Shown: one piece after another, positions 24,295-34,126 of the stretch | Layout of the letters: every line of letters begins with the position of its first letter | How positions within the stretch are numbered: the stretch's first letter is position 1 | NCBI GenBank assembly: GCA_963814715.1 | Contig: CAWFDW010000003.1 | Coordinates: 50,879-114,878, forward strand | DNA from: an uncultured delta proteobacterium | GTDB taxonomy: Bacteria > Desulfobacterota > Binatia > Binatales > Binataceae | DNA length: 64,000 nt | Reading direction: 5' to 3' | Translations under genes and position numbers: made by a program | Notes under the pieces: generated by a model | Database searches by the model: none | Told to the model about the DNA's origin: nothing | The model's input: the letters and a program-made list of their open reading frames with translations, nothing else

Positions 24295-24795
24295 ATGCGT
24301 TGGGATTCGGTCAAGGATATGAACTGCTCGGTGGCGCGAACGCTGTCGGTCGTCGGCGAGCGCTGGACGATGCTGATCCTGCGCGAGGCGTTTCTCGGAC
24401 GCCATCGATTTGACGAGTTTCAGCAGGGTACCGGAATCGCGCGCAACATCCTGAGCTCGCGGCTGCGCGATCTGGTGCGCGACGGAATCCTCGATCGCGC
24501 ACGCAGCGAAGGCGACAGCGGCCGCGTCGAGTATCGGCTGACGAGGAAGGGGTTCGAACTCTATCCCGTGCTGATCGCAATGATGCGATGGGGCGACACC
24601 TGGCTCAGCGACGAATCGGGCCCGCCGATGACGCTGATACATCGCGTCTGCGGCGCGAAGACCGCGCCGGACATGGTCTGCTCGCATTGCGGGGATCATC
24701 TTACCGCGCGCGAGGTCGTCGCAATTCCGCGCCGCCCCGCGCCTGCGCACCCACGACGCGCCGAGCGAGTCGATCGCAAACGCGCCGCCCGCTGA
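24295..24795 (+). CDS. HxlR-family winged-helix transcriptional regulator
   Basis: CSVARTLSVVGERWTMLILREAF is the HxlR signature. Divergently placed from the quinone-detox genes. Confidence 0.8.
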   Translation: MRWDSVKDMNCSVARTLSVVGERWTMLILREAFLGRHRFDEFQQGTGIARNILSSRLRDLVRDGILDRARSEGDSGRVEYRLTRKGFELYPVLIAMMRWGDTWLSDESGPPMTLIHRVCGAKTAPDMVCSHCGDHLTAREVVAIPRRPAPAHPRRAERVDRKRAAR

Positions 24796-24813
24796 ATCCG
24801 CATCGCGATCAAC

Positions 24814-25443
24814 ATGATTGAACTTGTGATGTTCGACGCCGACGGCGTGCTGTTCGATTCCACCGAATCGAACGTCGCCTACTACAACTGGATTTTCGCG
24901 AAGGTCGGTGAACCGCCGCTCGATCACGACGAGGAAATCTCGGCAGTGTCGTACGCCGCGAGCGAAGTATTCGCGGCGCGCGCGCGCGGCGACGCCGCCA
25001 AGCTCGCAGCGATGTATGACGTGACGCGCAACATGGATCAGACGCCATTCTTCAAGATGCTGCGTCCGTCGCTCGAGTTGCGTCCGTTCATGCTCGAGCT
25101 CAAGCTGCGCTACAAACTCGGGCTGGCGACCAATCGATCGGCGACCGTGCCCGCGCTGGTCGAGCATCTTGGCCTCGTCGGCATCTTCGACGCGGTCGCG
25201 AGCGCACTCGACAAGGTTCGCCCCAAGCCCGCGCCGGACATTCTGCGCCTGTGCCTCGATCGCGCCGGTGTCGAGGCGTCAAATGCCGTGTACGTTGGCG
25301 ACAGCAGGATCGATCGCGAGGCGGCCGAGAGCGCGGGCATGCACTTCATCGGCGTCGGCAGCCGCATCGAGCATCACAGCTTGATCGAAACGATCGCAGA
25401 ACTGCGAACGGCCCTCGAACTGTTGGACGCCCGCCTGAAGTAA
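24814..25443 (+). CDS. HAD-superfamily hydrolase (phosphoglycolate phosphatase-like)
   Basis: Motif I DADGVLFDS. Motifs III/IV ...VYVGDSRIDREAAESAG. Confidence 0.75.
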   Translation: MIELVMFDADGVLFDSTESNVAYYNWIFAKVGEPPLDHDEEISAVSYAASEVFAARARGDAAKLAAMYDVTRNMDQTPFFKMLRPSLELRPFMLELKLRYKLGLATNRSATVPALVEHLGLVGIFDAVASALDKVRPKPAPDILRLCLDRAGVEASNAVYVGDSRIDREAAESAGMHFIGVGSRIEHHSLIETIAELRTALELLDARLK

Positions 25444-25451
25444 GCGGGTCT

Positions 25452-27004
25452 TTAGAGAATCATCTCGATCAGCGCCGGACCCGCTGTCGCGAGCGATCGT
25501 TCCAGTTCTCGCGTGAGCGCCTCCGCCGTCTCGACGCGCACGCTCGGCACCCCGAGTCCGCGCGCGAGGCTCGTCCACTCAATATCGGGATTTGAAAGAT
25601 CGGTGAGCGAGCGCGCCTTGCGTCCGGGTTCGGTAACGCCCGCGCGCGCAAGTTCGACCTGCAGAATCCGGTAGCTGCGGTTGTTACACAGCACCGTCGT
25701 GACGTTGAGCGACTCGCGCGCCTGCGTCCACAGCGACTGAATCGTGTACATCCCGCTGCCGTCGGCCTGATAAGCGATCACCCGCCGACCGGGGCATGCG
25801 ACCGCCGCGCCAGTTGCACACGGCAATCCTTGCCCGATCGCGCCGCCTGTCAGCGAAAGATAGGTATGCGGCGGTGCAGCTGCCGACGCGGCGAGGAATG
25901 GCAGCCCCGTGGTGGCAGCCTCATCCATCACGATTGCGCCTTCGGGCATCGTCGCTGCGATCGCGGCGCCCGCGGTCATCGCGTTGAGTTTTCCGACAGG
26001 ACGTTCGGGCCGCGCTATCTTCGACGGCGTCGCGACCGAAACCGGCGCTCGCAATTTCGCTCGCGAGCGCTTCCAGCGCTGCGGGCACGTCATCGGTCGG
26101 CTCGGCCAGGATCGCGACGTCGAGTCCTTCGGGAATCAACTCGCTCGGAAAATTGGGATAGCCGAAAAACGCGACCGGCTTTTTCGCGCCTGCGATGACA
26201 ATCGTATCGAATGCCTTCAGCATCTCGATCGCCTGTTCAGGAAAGTAGGGCAAGCGATCGAGCGTCGGCATTCCAGCGCCGCGTTCGAGTCGCGCAGGGA
26301 ACGTCTCGCAGATCAAGATGACACCCCGATTTCGCGGCGATGCGCGCAGCCGCCTTCAGACCGCGTGCGCGGAGTCGCTACTGCCGCCGAGAAATAGTGC
26401 GACCTTACTTGCCCTTGCGGATCGATTCGGCCGCGCGCTTGATCGCGTCGGACGATACCTGTGGCGGCGCGGTCGGCTCGATTGCTCGCGGAATGCCTTC
26501 TCCGCCGGATCCCACTGGCAGTCCGATGGGATGATCAACGTCGCGACTTGTCCCGGTGCGCGACCAGCAGCCGCAATCGCTTGCGCCGTCGTGTCGGCGA
26601 GCGATGCTGCGGTGCGTGACGCTTCGCACCCATCCCGAAACCGGCGTCGCCAGCGAAACGATATCCGACGTCAGCGGTGCGTCGGCGCCGACGTGCCACG
26701 TCGCATGGTCGCCGATCAGATTCACGATCGGCGAGCGCGCGCGCCGCGCGTTGTGAAGATTCGCGATGCCGTTGGCGAAGCCCGGTCCAAGATGCAGCAG
26801 CGTCATCGCCGGCTTCTCCGCCATCCGTCCGTAACCGTCCGCGGCCCCGGTGCAAACGCCTTCGAACAATCCGAGAATCGGCCGCATCCCGTCGGCGGAG
26901 TCGAGCGCCGCGACCAGCGGCATCTCAGTCGTTCCCGGATTCGCGAAACACACTTCGACGCCCGCCGCGATCGCGGTGCGAATCAGGCTCTCAGCTCCAT
27001 TCAT
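25452..27004 (-). CDS. thiamine-pyrophosphate-dependent enzyme (acetolactate synthase / benzoylformate decarboxylase-like); frameshifts
   Basis: Three collinear pieces: the N-terminal pyrimidine-binding domain ([31 protein letters not shown]), the middle domain and the C-terminal TPP-binding domain (GAIGQGLP...ADGSGMYT...NN). Confidence 0.75.
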
Positions 27005-27008
27005 GAAT

Positions 27009-27788
27009 TCAATCCTCAGCGGCGTGACGACGTTCGATCTTCATGAAATCGTGCGAAGGATTCTGATGCCCGAACCGCTCCCGCGTCTGATCGATCGTTC
27101 CCGACTTCGTGTAATGCCAGACCATCGCGGCGCGAATGCCGCGGGACATGTTGTCGGTCGAGCGATGCATCAGGTGACTATGAAACACCAGCAGGTCGCC
27201 GGCCTGCATCAGCACCGGCACCGACTTCGACATGTCGTAGTCAACGATTTCCGTGTAGCCGTACTGCGCGTGCGGGCGCTGATCCGGCACGTGCGCGTGC
27301 ACCGGTTCGAGATGCGATCCCGGCATCACGTGCAGGCATCCGTTGTCGAGCGTCGCCTCGGTCACCGCCAGCCAGACTCCGACCTGCGGCCGCGTGCTGA
27401 ACGCAAAGTAGTAAGAATCCTGATGCCACGGCTGCCCGAGCGCGCCGTGATTTTTGAAAATGAACTGGCTGACGAAGCAGTCGAGCTCCGGTCCGATCAA
27501 CTCGCTCACGATGTCGATCACTGCGGGATCTTCGGCGAGCTTTTTGAAAATCGGATCGCGATGCAGCCGGAAAACCTTGCCGACGTTGTCCTCCGGGTTT
27601 TGCGCGAGCGGGTTCGGTTTCTTTTCCGGCAAAACGAATACGTTCGGAACGCTCTGTCCCGCCGCGTTCAGCCGGCAAATCTCGACCACTCGCGCATGCA
27701 TCGCGCGGCATTCCTCAATCGGCTTGAACCCGCGGACGATGAAGAAGCCTTTCTCGTCCCACTCGCGCTTGCGTTCTGCCGAATCCAT
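27009..27788 (-). CDS. PhyH-family Fe(II)/2-oxoglutarate-dependent dioxygenase
   Basis: ...PWHQDSYYF...HVMPGSHL...[10 protein letters not shown] gives the HxD...H facial triad. Confidence 0.75.
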   Translation of the reverse strand: MDSAERKREWDEKGFFIVRGFKPIEECRAMHARVVEICRLNAAGQSVPNVFVLPEKKPNPLAQNPEDNVGKVFRLHRDPIFKKLAEDPAVIDIVSELIGPELDCFVSQFIFKNHGALGQPWHQDSYYFAFSTRPQVGVWLAVTEATLDNGCLHVMPGSHLEPVHAHVPDQRPHAQYGYTEIVDYDMSKSVPVLMQAGDLLVFHSHLMHRSTDNMSRGIRAAMVWHYTKSGTIDQTRERFGHQNPSHDFMKIERRHAAED

Positions 27789-27800
27789 CGAGCGCCTCTC

Positions 27801-29315
27801 CTATGCGTGGAGCTTTGCGACTGAACCTGCGATGGCCGTGCCCGCGAAGAATTCGGGATCCGCCTTCAGATGAAGCTGCGCCGGATATGTGAAAACGAAG
27901 TCGCGATAATCCGCGTCGCTCAGCAGTTCCTTCTCCACCAGTCGATGGCTCTCGAGCAGCACCGTCGAAATATCCGGCACGTCCCAGTGGCCGATGTCGG
28001 ATGAGAAAATCGGCTGGAGCCGCGTGCGCATCGGATTGGCGCGCGCATCGAGCGCGCGATGCACGCTCAAATCATCAGCTTCGCAGCCGAAATAGAAGTT
28101 GCCGAAGATTCGCGCGAAGTCGTGCTCGTCGCGCACGCCGGTCAGCGCCCATTCGTCGCGATCCGTGGCGCGATCGTGACGCTCGAGGCCTTCATCGTAT
28201 GCCCGCACCGCGCGCGCCGAATTCTTCGCGATGAATTCGGGACCACCGTACTCCGCGAGCAGTTGATGCAATCGCGGGCGATCGAGTCGCGACGGATCGT
28301 AATTTACCAGGGCGGCAACGTTGCGCTTTTCCCAATGCTCTTCGAGCGAATGGAGCAGGTCGCAGGCCCATCCCGCGCCGCATTCGAGAAATCCGAACGC
28401 CAGCTTCGGGAACCGCGTCGCTACACCGCCCATCACGATCGAGCGGCACAGCTCGCCCTGCTGATACGCATGCGCGCCGATATGATTGAACATGTAGTTG
28501 GTCGGCGATCGACGTCCGAGCGGCAGGTAGCGCAGACCGACGCCGCCGTGCGAGGTGACCGCGATTTTCAGCTCGACAAATTTGCGCCACACCGGATCGT
28601 AATCGTAGAAACTGTCCAGCCCATAGCAGTCGAAGTATGCGGCATTAGGGAACGCGTCGGGATGCTCGCTTTCGAGCGCGGGGATAGGCCGCGCGACGCC
28701 GGGCGGAATCATCGCGACCTTCAAGCCAAGGCGCGACGCGTTTTCCAGTTCGGCGATCGCTTCGTCGGGCGTATGCATCGGGATTGCGGCCGCTGGCGCG
28801 ATCCGATCGCGAAACTGTCCGCAAATCTCCGCGTTCATCGTGTTCAACGCGCGACATGCGATTTGCCGCACCTCTGCGTCGTGAATCGTCGGCAGCGCGA
28901 GTCCGAGCGTGGGATACAAAATGGAAAAATCGACGCCGAGATCGTTCAGCCTGCTGTACAGCAGCCGCGGCGCCATCACGGTCGCGAGGTCGTACGCGTC
29001 GTTGACGACGCCCCACCACGCGCCGCGCATGTCACCCGCGTCGCGATTCCCGCGCGAGCCGGTCGGATGCTCGCGAAGCTCGCGATTGTAGCGCTCGAGC
29101 ATGTCGGCGCCGCCGATCTTCTGCAGATATTCGTTGAAGAGCGGAGCCGGCTCGATCAGATGCCCGTCGGCGTCGATCACGGGATGTCGCAGCCGCTCGC
29201 GCAGCGCCCGCACTCGGGAAACGTTTTCGGTGTTCACGCCTGAGCGGTAGCGCGCACGCGACGAGGGTGTCAAGCGCACGCCGCCGATCGCGCCGATCGG
29301 CGTGCCGACTATCAA
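27801..29315 (-). CDS. amidohydrolase-2 family metal-dependent hydrolase/decarboxylase (TIM barrel)
   Basis: HPVIDADGHLIEP N-terminal metal ligands. Length and conserved core fit PF04909-type enzymes. Start codon uncertain. Confidence 0.65.
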   Translation of the reverse strand: MIVGTPIGAIGGVRLTPSSRARYRSGVNTENVSRVRALRERLRHPVIDADGHLIEPAPLFNEYLQKIGGADMLERYNRELREHPTGSRGNRDAGDMRGAWWGVVNDAYDLATVMAPRLLYSRLNDLGVDFSILYPTLGLALPTIHDAEVRQIACRALNTMNAEICGQFRDRIAPAAAIPMHTPDEAIAELENASRLGLKVAMIPPGVARPIPALESEHPDAFPNAAYFDCYGLDSFYDYDPVWRKFVELKIAVTSHGGVGLRYLPLGRRSPTNYMFNHIGAHAYQQGELCRSIVMGGVATRFPKLAFGFLECGAGWACDLLHSLEEHWEKRNVAALVNYDPSRLDRPRLHQLLAEYGGPEFIAKNSARAVRAYDEGLERHDRATDRDEWALTGVRDEHDFARIFGNFYFGCEADDLSVHRALDARANPMRTRLQPIFSSDIGHWDVPDISTVLLESHRLVEKELLSDADYRDFVFTYPAQLHLKADPEFFAGTAIAGSVAKLHA

Positions 29316-29389
29316 ATCAAAATATGGAGCGAGCCGAGGCTAGTGCTTGTCGCCGTGATGAGTCGAGGCGTGATGAGGCACCAGCCGGA

Positions 29390-29620
29390 TCATGGATCGG
29401 ATGCGTTGCCGGTGCTCCATCTCGCGCGGCGATACGTCTGAGCGCATCGCAGATGGAGAGGCGGTTCTCCGGTTATTTTGGTGCCGAAACCAAAACGACC
29501 GCCGCAGTGATGGCATCGATCGTCCGCCATCGCGCGCAGCGTGTGGCACTTGGCGTGATCGCAGGATCCGCGGCATGGGCCCCCGGACGTTCCGGGAGTG
29601 GGAATAATGATAACGCTCAT
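29390..29620 (-). CDS. small Cys/His-rich hypothetical protein (putative metal-binding), first gene of the amidohydrolase/PhyH/TPP operon
   Basis: MSVIIIPTPGTSGGPCRGSCDHAKCHTLRAMADDRCHHCGGRFGF... GAGGA Shine-Dalgarno 8 nt upstream of the ATG at 29620. An alternative frame gives the His-rich tail ...HHASTHHGDKH, so there is possibly a frameshift. Confidence 0.5.
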   Translation of the reverse strand: MSVIIIPTPGTSGGPCRGSCDHAKCHTLRAMADDRCHHCGGRFGFGTKITGEPPLHLRCAQTYRRARWSTGNASDP

Positions 29621-29943
29621 GGTTTCATCCTCGCAGTCTCTTCTGCGGCAATTCGGAGCAACACCCAACCTCGCATCCTACGTTCACATTAGAGCTTCTA
29701 ACTGTTTGTAGCAAGTGCGCCACATACTGTTAGTGGTTCTTTTGTACATTTAGCTAATAGACGCCGTCTTGTAGTCTCTACTTAGCTTTACGCAATCTAC
29801 TCCGATTGATTTTCATGCGCAAGAAGTCTTGGCACAGGTAGGCTGACTTGGAAGTGCATAATGATGGCTAGAGATAGCGTCTCATTGCGCCAGGTAGCGA
29901 CAGTCTTCGATTTTCGGATCGGAATTGCAGCGCAGCTAATGAC

Positions 29944-30409
29944 TCAGGCGCTCGGCATCGATCCGCCGAGCAGAGTCCGAGACCGATCGAGATTGCGCCG
30001 GATGTAGCCGCGGACCTGGCGCGCGACGCTGTCGTCGGCATTGCCGAGCGCGACCGCCGTCGCAAACGCGGCCATCGCATTCTTCCATCGCGCGACGGTC
30101 CGGCGGACTCTTCGCACTGGCGCGAGTCGCGCGTGCCAGCGCGCCGCGCAGCCCGCCTTTTTTCGACGATGATGCTTGTCGCCGAGCCGCTTGAGCGCCG
30201 CGAATGTCGCGCGCAGATCTTTTATCTCCGCCGCATCGTACGCGCGGCGCCGACTCGAGCACCGACGCCGCATGCGCGATCATCGCGATCGCCGACATCG
30301 CCTGCCCCTGCGCATACGGCGAGGTCAGCTCGGGCATCAGCGCTTCCATGATCGTGCGCTGCATTCCGCTGAGCAGTTCGTTCAACGTGGGCCGTAGCAT
30401 GCGACTCAC
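29944..30409 (-). CDS. hypothetical protein (~150 aa) downstream of the APH-family kinase; frameshift
   Basis: Clean N-terminus MSRMLRPTLNELLSGMQRTIMEALMPELTSPYAQGQAMSAIAMIAHAAS. The remainder is in another frame. Confidence 0.4.
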
Positions 30410-31416
30410 CTCAGACCAATCCGAAGTTGCTTGGCCAGGTCCTCGAACAACGCCGGCAACAGCAGTTCAAGGAAAGGCATCACCGCGTCGGACGTGCGGC
30501 GCTCGACAAAATCGCGGATTCCGGTCAGACAGATCACGGCCATCTTCGCGTTGCCGAGCACCTGGTAGAAAAAGAGCCGCTCGCGATCGACGCGATGGCC
30601 GGTCTTCGATTCGTACAGGCGATAGAACGCCTCGCGCTCCATCAGGCCGCCCGCCAATTCCTCGCGCCCCCAGAACATCATCGACGCCCACCCGAGATCC
30701 TCCATCGGATCGCCGAGATGCGCCATCTCCCAATCGAGCATCGCGATGATTCCGTTCTCGTCGTACAGATAATTCCCCGAACGATAGTCGCCGTGAACGA
30801 CTACGATGCGGTCGGTCACGACGGGCTTGGCTTTGAGCCATGCGAACGCGGCGTCGAGAATCGGATAGTGCTCGCCCATCCGATCGCGCTCATAAATTTC
30901 GTTCCAATGAGCCGCCTGGATGCGCGCGGGATCTTCGAGATTCTTCGGAGCACCAAGAATCTCGAGCCCGCATTCGCGGTAGTCGATCGATTGCAGACGC
31001 GCCAGCTCGCTCAGGAAGTCGTCCGCGACTTTCGCGCGCGTCGACTCGGCCTCCGCCGCCGGAAACGCGCCCATACCGGTCTGCCCCGCCGCGCGATGCA
31101 TGATGAAGAACGGGCGGTCCATCACGCTCGCATCGAGCTCCAGGTAAAGCGGCTCTGGAACCTTCAGACCCGCGCGATGCACCGCGTCGATCACTTTGAA
31201 CTCGCGTTCGCGATCGGATTTGAGCAAGCCGCCGGTCGGGTCGCGCCGCCCGATCATCGGACGCGTGCGCGTCTCGCCGCCTTCGCTCCACTCGAGGTCG
31301 AAAGCATACGTCTCGCGCGACGAACCGCCGGAGATTCGCTTGAGTCCCACCACGCGATGCTCGCGCGCATGCGGCATCTTGCGCTTGAGATATTCGGTCA
31401 GTCGGTGCTGATCCAA
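30406..31416 (-). CDS. aminoglycoside phosphotransferase (APH)-family kinase
   Basis: Catalytic loop HGDYRSGNYLYDENG and DWEMAHLGDPMEDL are APH/ChoK-fold motifs. Intact. Confidence 0.8.
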   Translation of the reverse strand: MDQHRLTEYLKRKMPHAREHRVVGLKRISGGSSRETYAFDLEWSEGGETRTRPMIGRRDPTGGLLKSDREREFKVIDAVHRAGLKVPEPLYLELDASVMDRPFFIMHRAAGQTGMGAFPAAEAESTRAKVADDFLSELARLQSIDYRECGLEILGAPKNLEDPARIQAAHWNEIYERDRMGEHYPILDAAFAWLKAKPVVTDRIVVVHGDYRSGNYLYDENGIIAMLDWEMAHLGDPMEDLGWASMMFWGREELAGGLMEREAFYRLYESKTGHRVDRERLFFYQVLGNAKMAVICLTGIRDFVERRTSDAVMPFLELLLPALFEDLAKQLRIGLR

Positions 31417-31431
31417 TCTAGTACGAGCGTC

Positions 31432-32352
31432 CTACGCAAATGCGGGCATCACTTCCTTGGCGAACAACTCCAGCGTCGGCGGCGGCGCGAAGTCGCTGAA
31501 GAAAATCGTGAAGGTCGTGATTCCCATCGCCACGCGCTTCTTGAGCTCTTCGATCAACTGCTTCGGCGTGCCTTTGATCCCGGTCGTGACGAACGGCTTG
31601 AGCATCTGCGCCGCCTTCCACTTTGCCTCGACTTCCGCGTCGCTCGAGCCGATGCAAACCAGCAGCTGCTCCGAGATGTCGATCGTGTTCACGTCGCGCC
31701 CGACGTCCTTGCAATGCTGCTTGAGCACGTTGAACTTGTGTTCGAAGCTTTCGTAGCCGGCTGGACAGTTCCATCGATCCGCAAACCGCGCGACCAGCTT
31801 CAACATGATCTTTTCGCCGCTGCCGCCAATCGTGATCGGTGGATGCGGCTGCTGCACCGGCTTGGGATTGCAGATCGCTTCTTCGACCTGGTAATGCCGG
31901 CCCTTAAACGTCACCCGCTTCTCGGTGAACATCGACTTCATTATATGCAGGCCTTCCTCGAACATCTTGAGCCGCGTGCCCATCGACGGAAACTGATAGC
32001 CGTAGGCCTTGTACTCCTCGTCCATCCATCCCGCGCCGTAGCCGATTTCCAGGCGGCCGTTGCTGATGTGATCGATGGTCGAGAGCGTCTTCGCCAGCAG
32101 CGCAGGATTGCGATACGAGTTGCACATCACCAGCGTGCCGATGCGAATCTTTTCAGTCTTTGCCGACAGCCCCGCCATTAGGGCGATGCATTCATGATGA
32201 TCGAGGTCGGGCATCCCGCGCGTCCACATATGATCGACCAGCCAGATCGAGTGGTAGCCGAGCTTCTCGCATCGATGAGCCCGCTCCTCGAGCTGATGCC
32301 ACGACTGTCCGGCCTGCGGAGAGAACAAAGCGAATTGAACTTTCTTGCTCAT
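31432..32352 (-). CDS. LLM-class (luciferase-like) flavin/F420-dependent oxidoreductase
   Basis: Typical LLM N-terminus (FALFSPQ...LGYHSIWLVDH) and TIM-barrel length. Intact. Confidence 0.75.
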   Translation of the reverse strand: MSKKVQFALFSPQAGQSWHQLEERAHRCEKLGYHSIWLVDHMWTRGMPDLDHHECIALMAGLSAKTEKIRIGTLVMCNSYRNPALLAKTLSTIDHISNGRLEIGYGAGWMDEEYKAYGYQFPSMGTRLKMFEEGLHIMKSMFTEKRVTFKGRHYQVEEAICNPKPVQQPHPPITIGGSGEKIMLKLVARFADRWNCPAGYESFEHKFNVLKQHCKDVGRDVNTIDISEQLLVCIGSSDAEVEAKWKAAQMLKPFVTTGIKGTPKQLIEELKKRVAMGITTFTIFFSDFAPPPTLELFAKEVMPAFA

Positions 32353-32476
32353 TGAAATCTACTCCCGTGCGTAATTGGCGTGAGCCTGAAAACCTGACGA
32401 CTCTGTTTCGCACGCCGCACCGCGAAGGGTCAACCATCCTTGTTCCTTTCAGTTCAGCGGTTGCTATCAGTGGGGC

Positions 32477-32585
32477 GGGCCGCCGTGCCCGCCCTCTTTC
32501 CGTGGAAGTAAGATGAGGCATTCATTGGTAAGCGCAGGCGTGGCGCCAGCGCATCGATGGCGGGCACGGCGGCCCGCCCCACTAT
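32477..32585. repeat. pair of inverted GC-rich hairpin elements, family B (CAGTGGGGCGGGCCGCCGTGCCCGCC and its reverse complement ~55 bp apart)
   Basis: Each unit is itself a hairpin (GGCGGGC-CGCCGT-GCCCGCC). A third copy lies at 49716-49741. Confidence 0.6.
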
Positions 32586-32680
32586 ATAAGGATAAGGCCT
32601 GCCCCACTGAAGCTTCCCTTGCCAGCCGGACCATCGCGCACTTGTGCGGCGAGGCAAAATTGTGGAGAGGATTACGTCCC

Positions 32681-33817
32681 ATGAAGATTCGACGACGCAT
32701 TGCCCTCGACATTTTGGCGGTCCTGCTTCTTCTCGTCGCGACTGCCGCATCCGCTGCTGACTTTCAAGCGGTCGGCGCTGCGCGCGAACTCAAAGGTGCG
32801 CCGGGAATTTACGAATGGACGTTCGCCGCGACCGTCGGCAAATCGCCGTTCGACAAAATCGCGCTGCATCGCGTCGCCAAGGGACCGACTCCGCCTGCGC
32901 ATCCCGACGCGGTCGTGCTCTATCTGCCCGGCACCAACATGAACGGCGAAGTGGCGCTCGACGATCCTCACTATTCGTTCCAGGTTTATCTGGCAGAGCA
33001 CGGCGTCGACGTATGGTCGATGGACTATCGCACGCATTTCATTCCACCGCAGACGCCGCAGAACGATCTCTCCGAGCTGGCGACGTGGACCAACGATCTT
33101 TTCGACTCGGACATCGACGCCGCCGCGAAATTCGTCAGCGAAAAATCCGGCCGCGGCAGAATCTTCGTCGCCGGCTTCAGCCGCGGCGTCGAGTTCGCGT
33201 ATCTGTTCGCCGCCAAGCATTATCCCGAGCGCGTCGCGGGAATCATCGCGCTCGACGGATTCATCCCGACGCATCCGATGCGCACTGAGCAGGGGACACC
33301 TGGCCAATATGCCGTCGACATCGGCGGCAAACACCTGACCTACGACAAGCGGCGCACGCTGATGCAGATGGTGATCGACAATCCCGATCAGCCCGCGCCG
33401 ATTCCCAAGTACAAGACCGCGCGCGAAAACCTGGAACACGTCATGTACGATGCGGCTCCCGGCAACGGCGCGTTCGCGAATATGCCAGCCGGTTATTCCG
33501 ATCCGGTCGTGCTCGCGAAATTGCTGATCGCCTACGACCGCTACTGGCCGTCGGTTCAGGACAGCGAGAATCCGTTCACGCCGCAAATGCTCGCGTCGCT
33601 CAAGGCGTCGAAGATTCCGGTGATCGCGTTCGCGAGCACCAACTTCGGCGCGGATTGGCCGGGCCAGGTCGAAGCGTCGTCCAAATCGACCGGCGCGCCC
33701 GATCCGTCATTCACAAAGTTCGACAACTGGGGACATCTCGACGTGTTGGCTGGTACCAAGTCGGAGAGCGAGGTCTTCGCTCCGACTGCGGCATGGATCA
33801 AGCAGCATGAGAAGTAG
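32681..33817 (+). CDS. secreted alpha/beta-fold hydrolase
   Basis: Signal peptide MKIRRRIALDILAVLLLLVATAASA. Nucleophile elbow GFSRG. The long ORF from 32513 includes non-coding upstream sequence. Confidence 0.7.
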   Translation: MKIRRRIALDILAVLLLLVATAASAADFQAVGAARELKGAPGIYEWTFAATVGKSPFDKIALHRVAKGPTPPAHPDAVVLYLPGTNMNGEVALDDPHYSFQVYLAEHGVDVWSMDYRTHFIPPQTPQNDLSELATWTNDLFDSDIDAAAKFVSEKSGRGRIFVAGFSRGVEFAYLFAAKHYPERVAGIIALDGFIPTHPMRTEQGTPGQYAVDIGGKHLTYDKRRTLMQMVIDNPDQPAPIPKYKTARENLEHVMYDAAPGNGAFANMPAGYSDPVVLAKLLIAYDRYWPSVQDSENPFTPQMLASLKASKIPVIAFASTNFGADWPGQVEASSKSTGAPDPSFTKFDNWGHLDVLAGTKSESEVFAPTAAWIKQHEK

Positions 33818-33829
33818 GCGGATACTGCG

Positions 33830-34086
33830 GCGCGTCGGGAAGCGGTGGAGCGGACTGGCGCGCCGGAATAATCATGACCGCGCCGAGCGCCCATGCGCCG
33901 AGCAGCGAGTCCCGCAATCGTCCATCGAAGCGTCGAACGGCCGCGACGCGACGCGACGATCGCAGTCAGCGGAGTCAGCGCAACATTTATGATAACCGAC
34001 GTCGCGATCATGTTCGTCGTCGGCTCGTGATACCCCATCAGGGCGAAGCCTGACACGATACCTAGAATGCTGGCGATTGTGCTCAT
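33830..34086 (-). CDS. small hypothetical membrane protein (2 predicted TM helices)
   Basis: MSTIASILGIVSGFALMGYHEPTTNMIATSVIINVALTPLTAIVA. The ORF 3' part overlaps the hydrolase gene, so the end is uncertain. Confidence 0.3.
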
Positions 34087-34126
34087 CGGTTTGCGCGGCT
34101 TGCCCCTCTATATATAGTTGAAAGCG

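Noticed and set aside
24172-25167. 331-aa minus-strand ORF
   Set aside because: Overlaps hxlR and the HAD hydrolase on the opposite strand. Arg-rich. Spurious.
28059-29243. 394-aa plus-strand ORF
   Set aside because: Antisense to the amidohydrolase-2 gene, whose frame carries the recognisable motifs.
29640-29940. Possible tRNA/ncRNA in the AT-rich 300-bp intergenic region
   Set aside because: No cloverleaf-compatible segments or conserved T-loop (GTTCRANYC). Retained only as a candidate 5'-leader or regulatory region in the findings.
30427-32181. 584-aa plus-strand ORF
   Set aside because: Antisense to the APH kinase and the LLM oxidoreductase, both intact and motif-bearing on the minus strand.
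32513-32680. 5' extension of the secreted hydrolase ORF (start at 32513)
   Set aside because: The extension spans the GC-hairpin repeat pair and is Arg/Ala-rich. The signal peptide begins at the internal Met at 32681.
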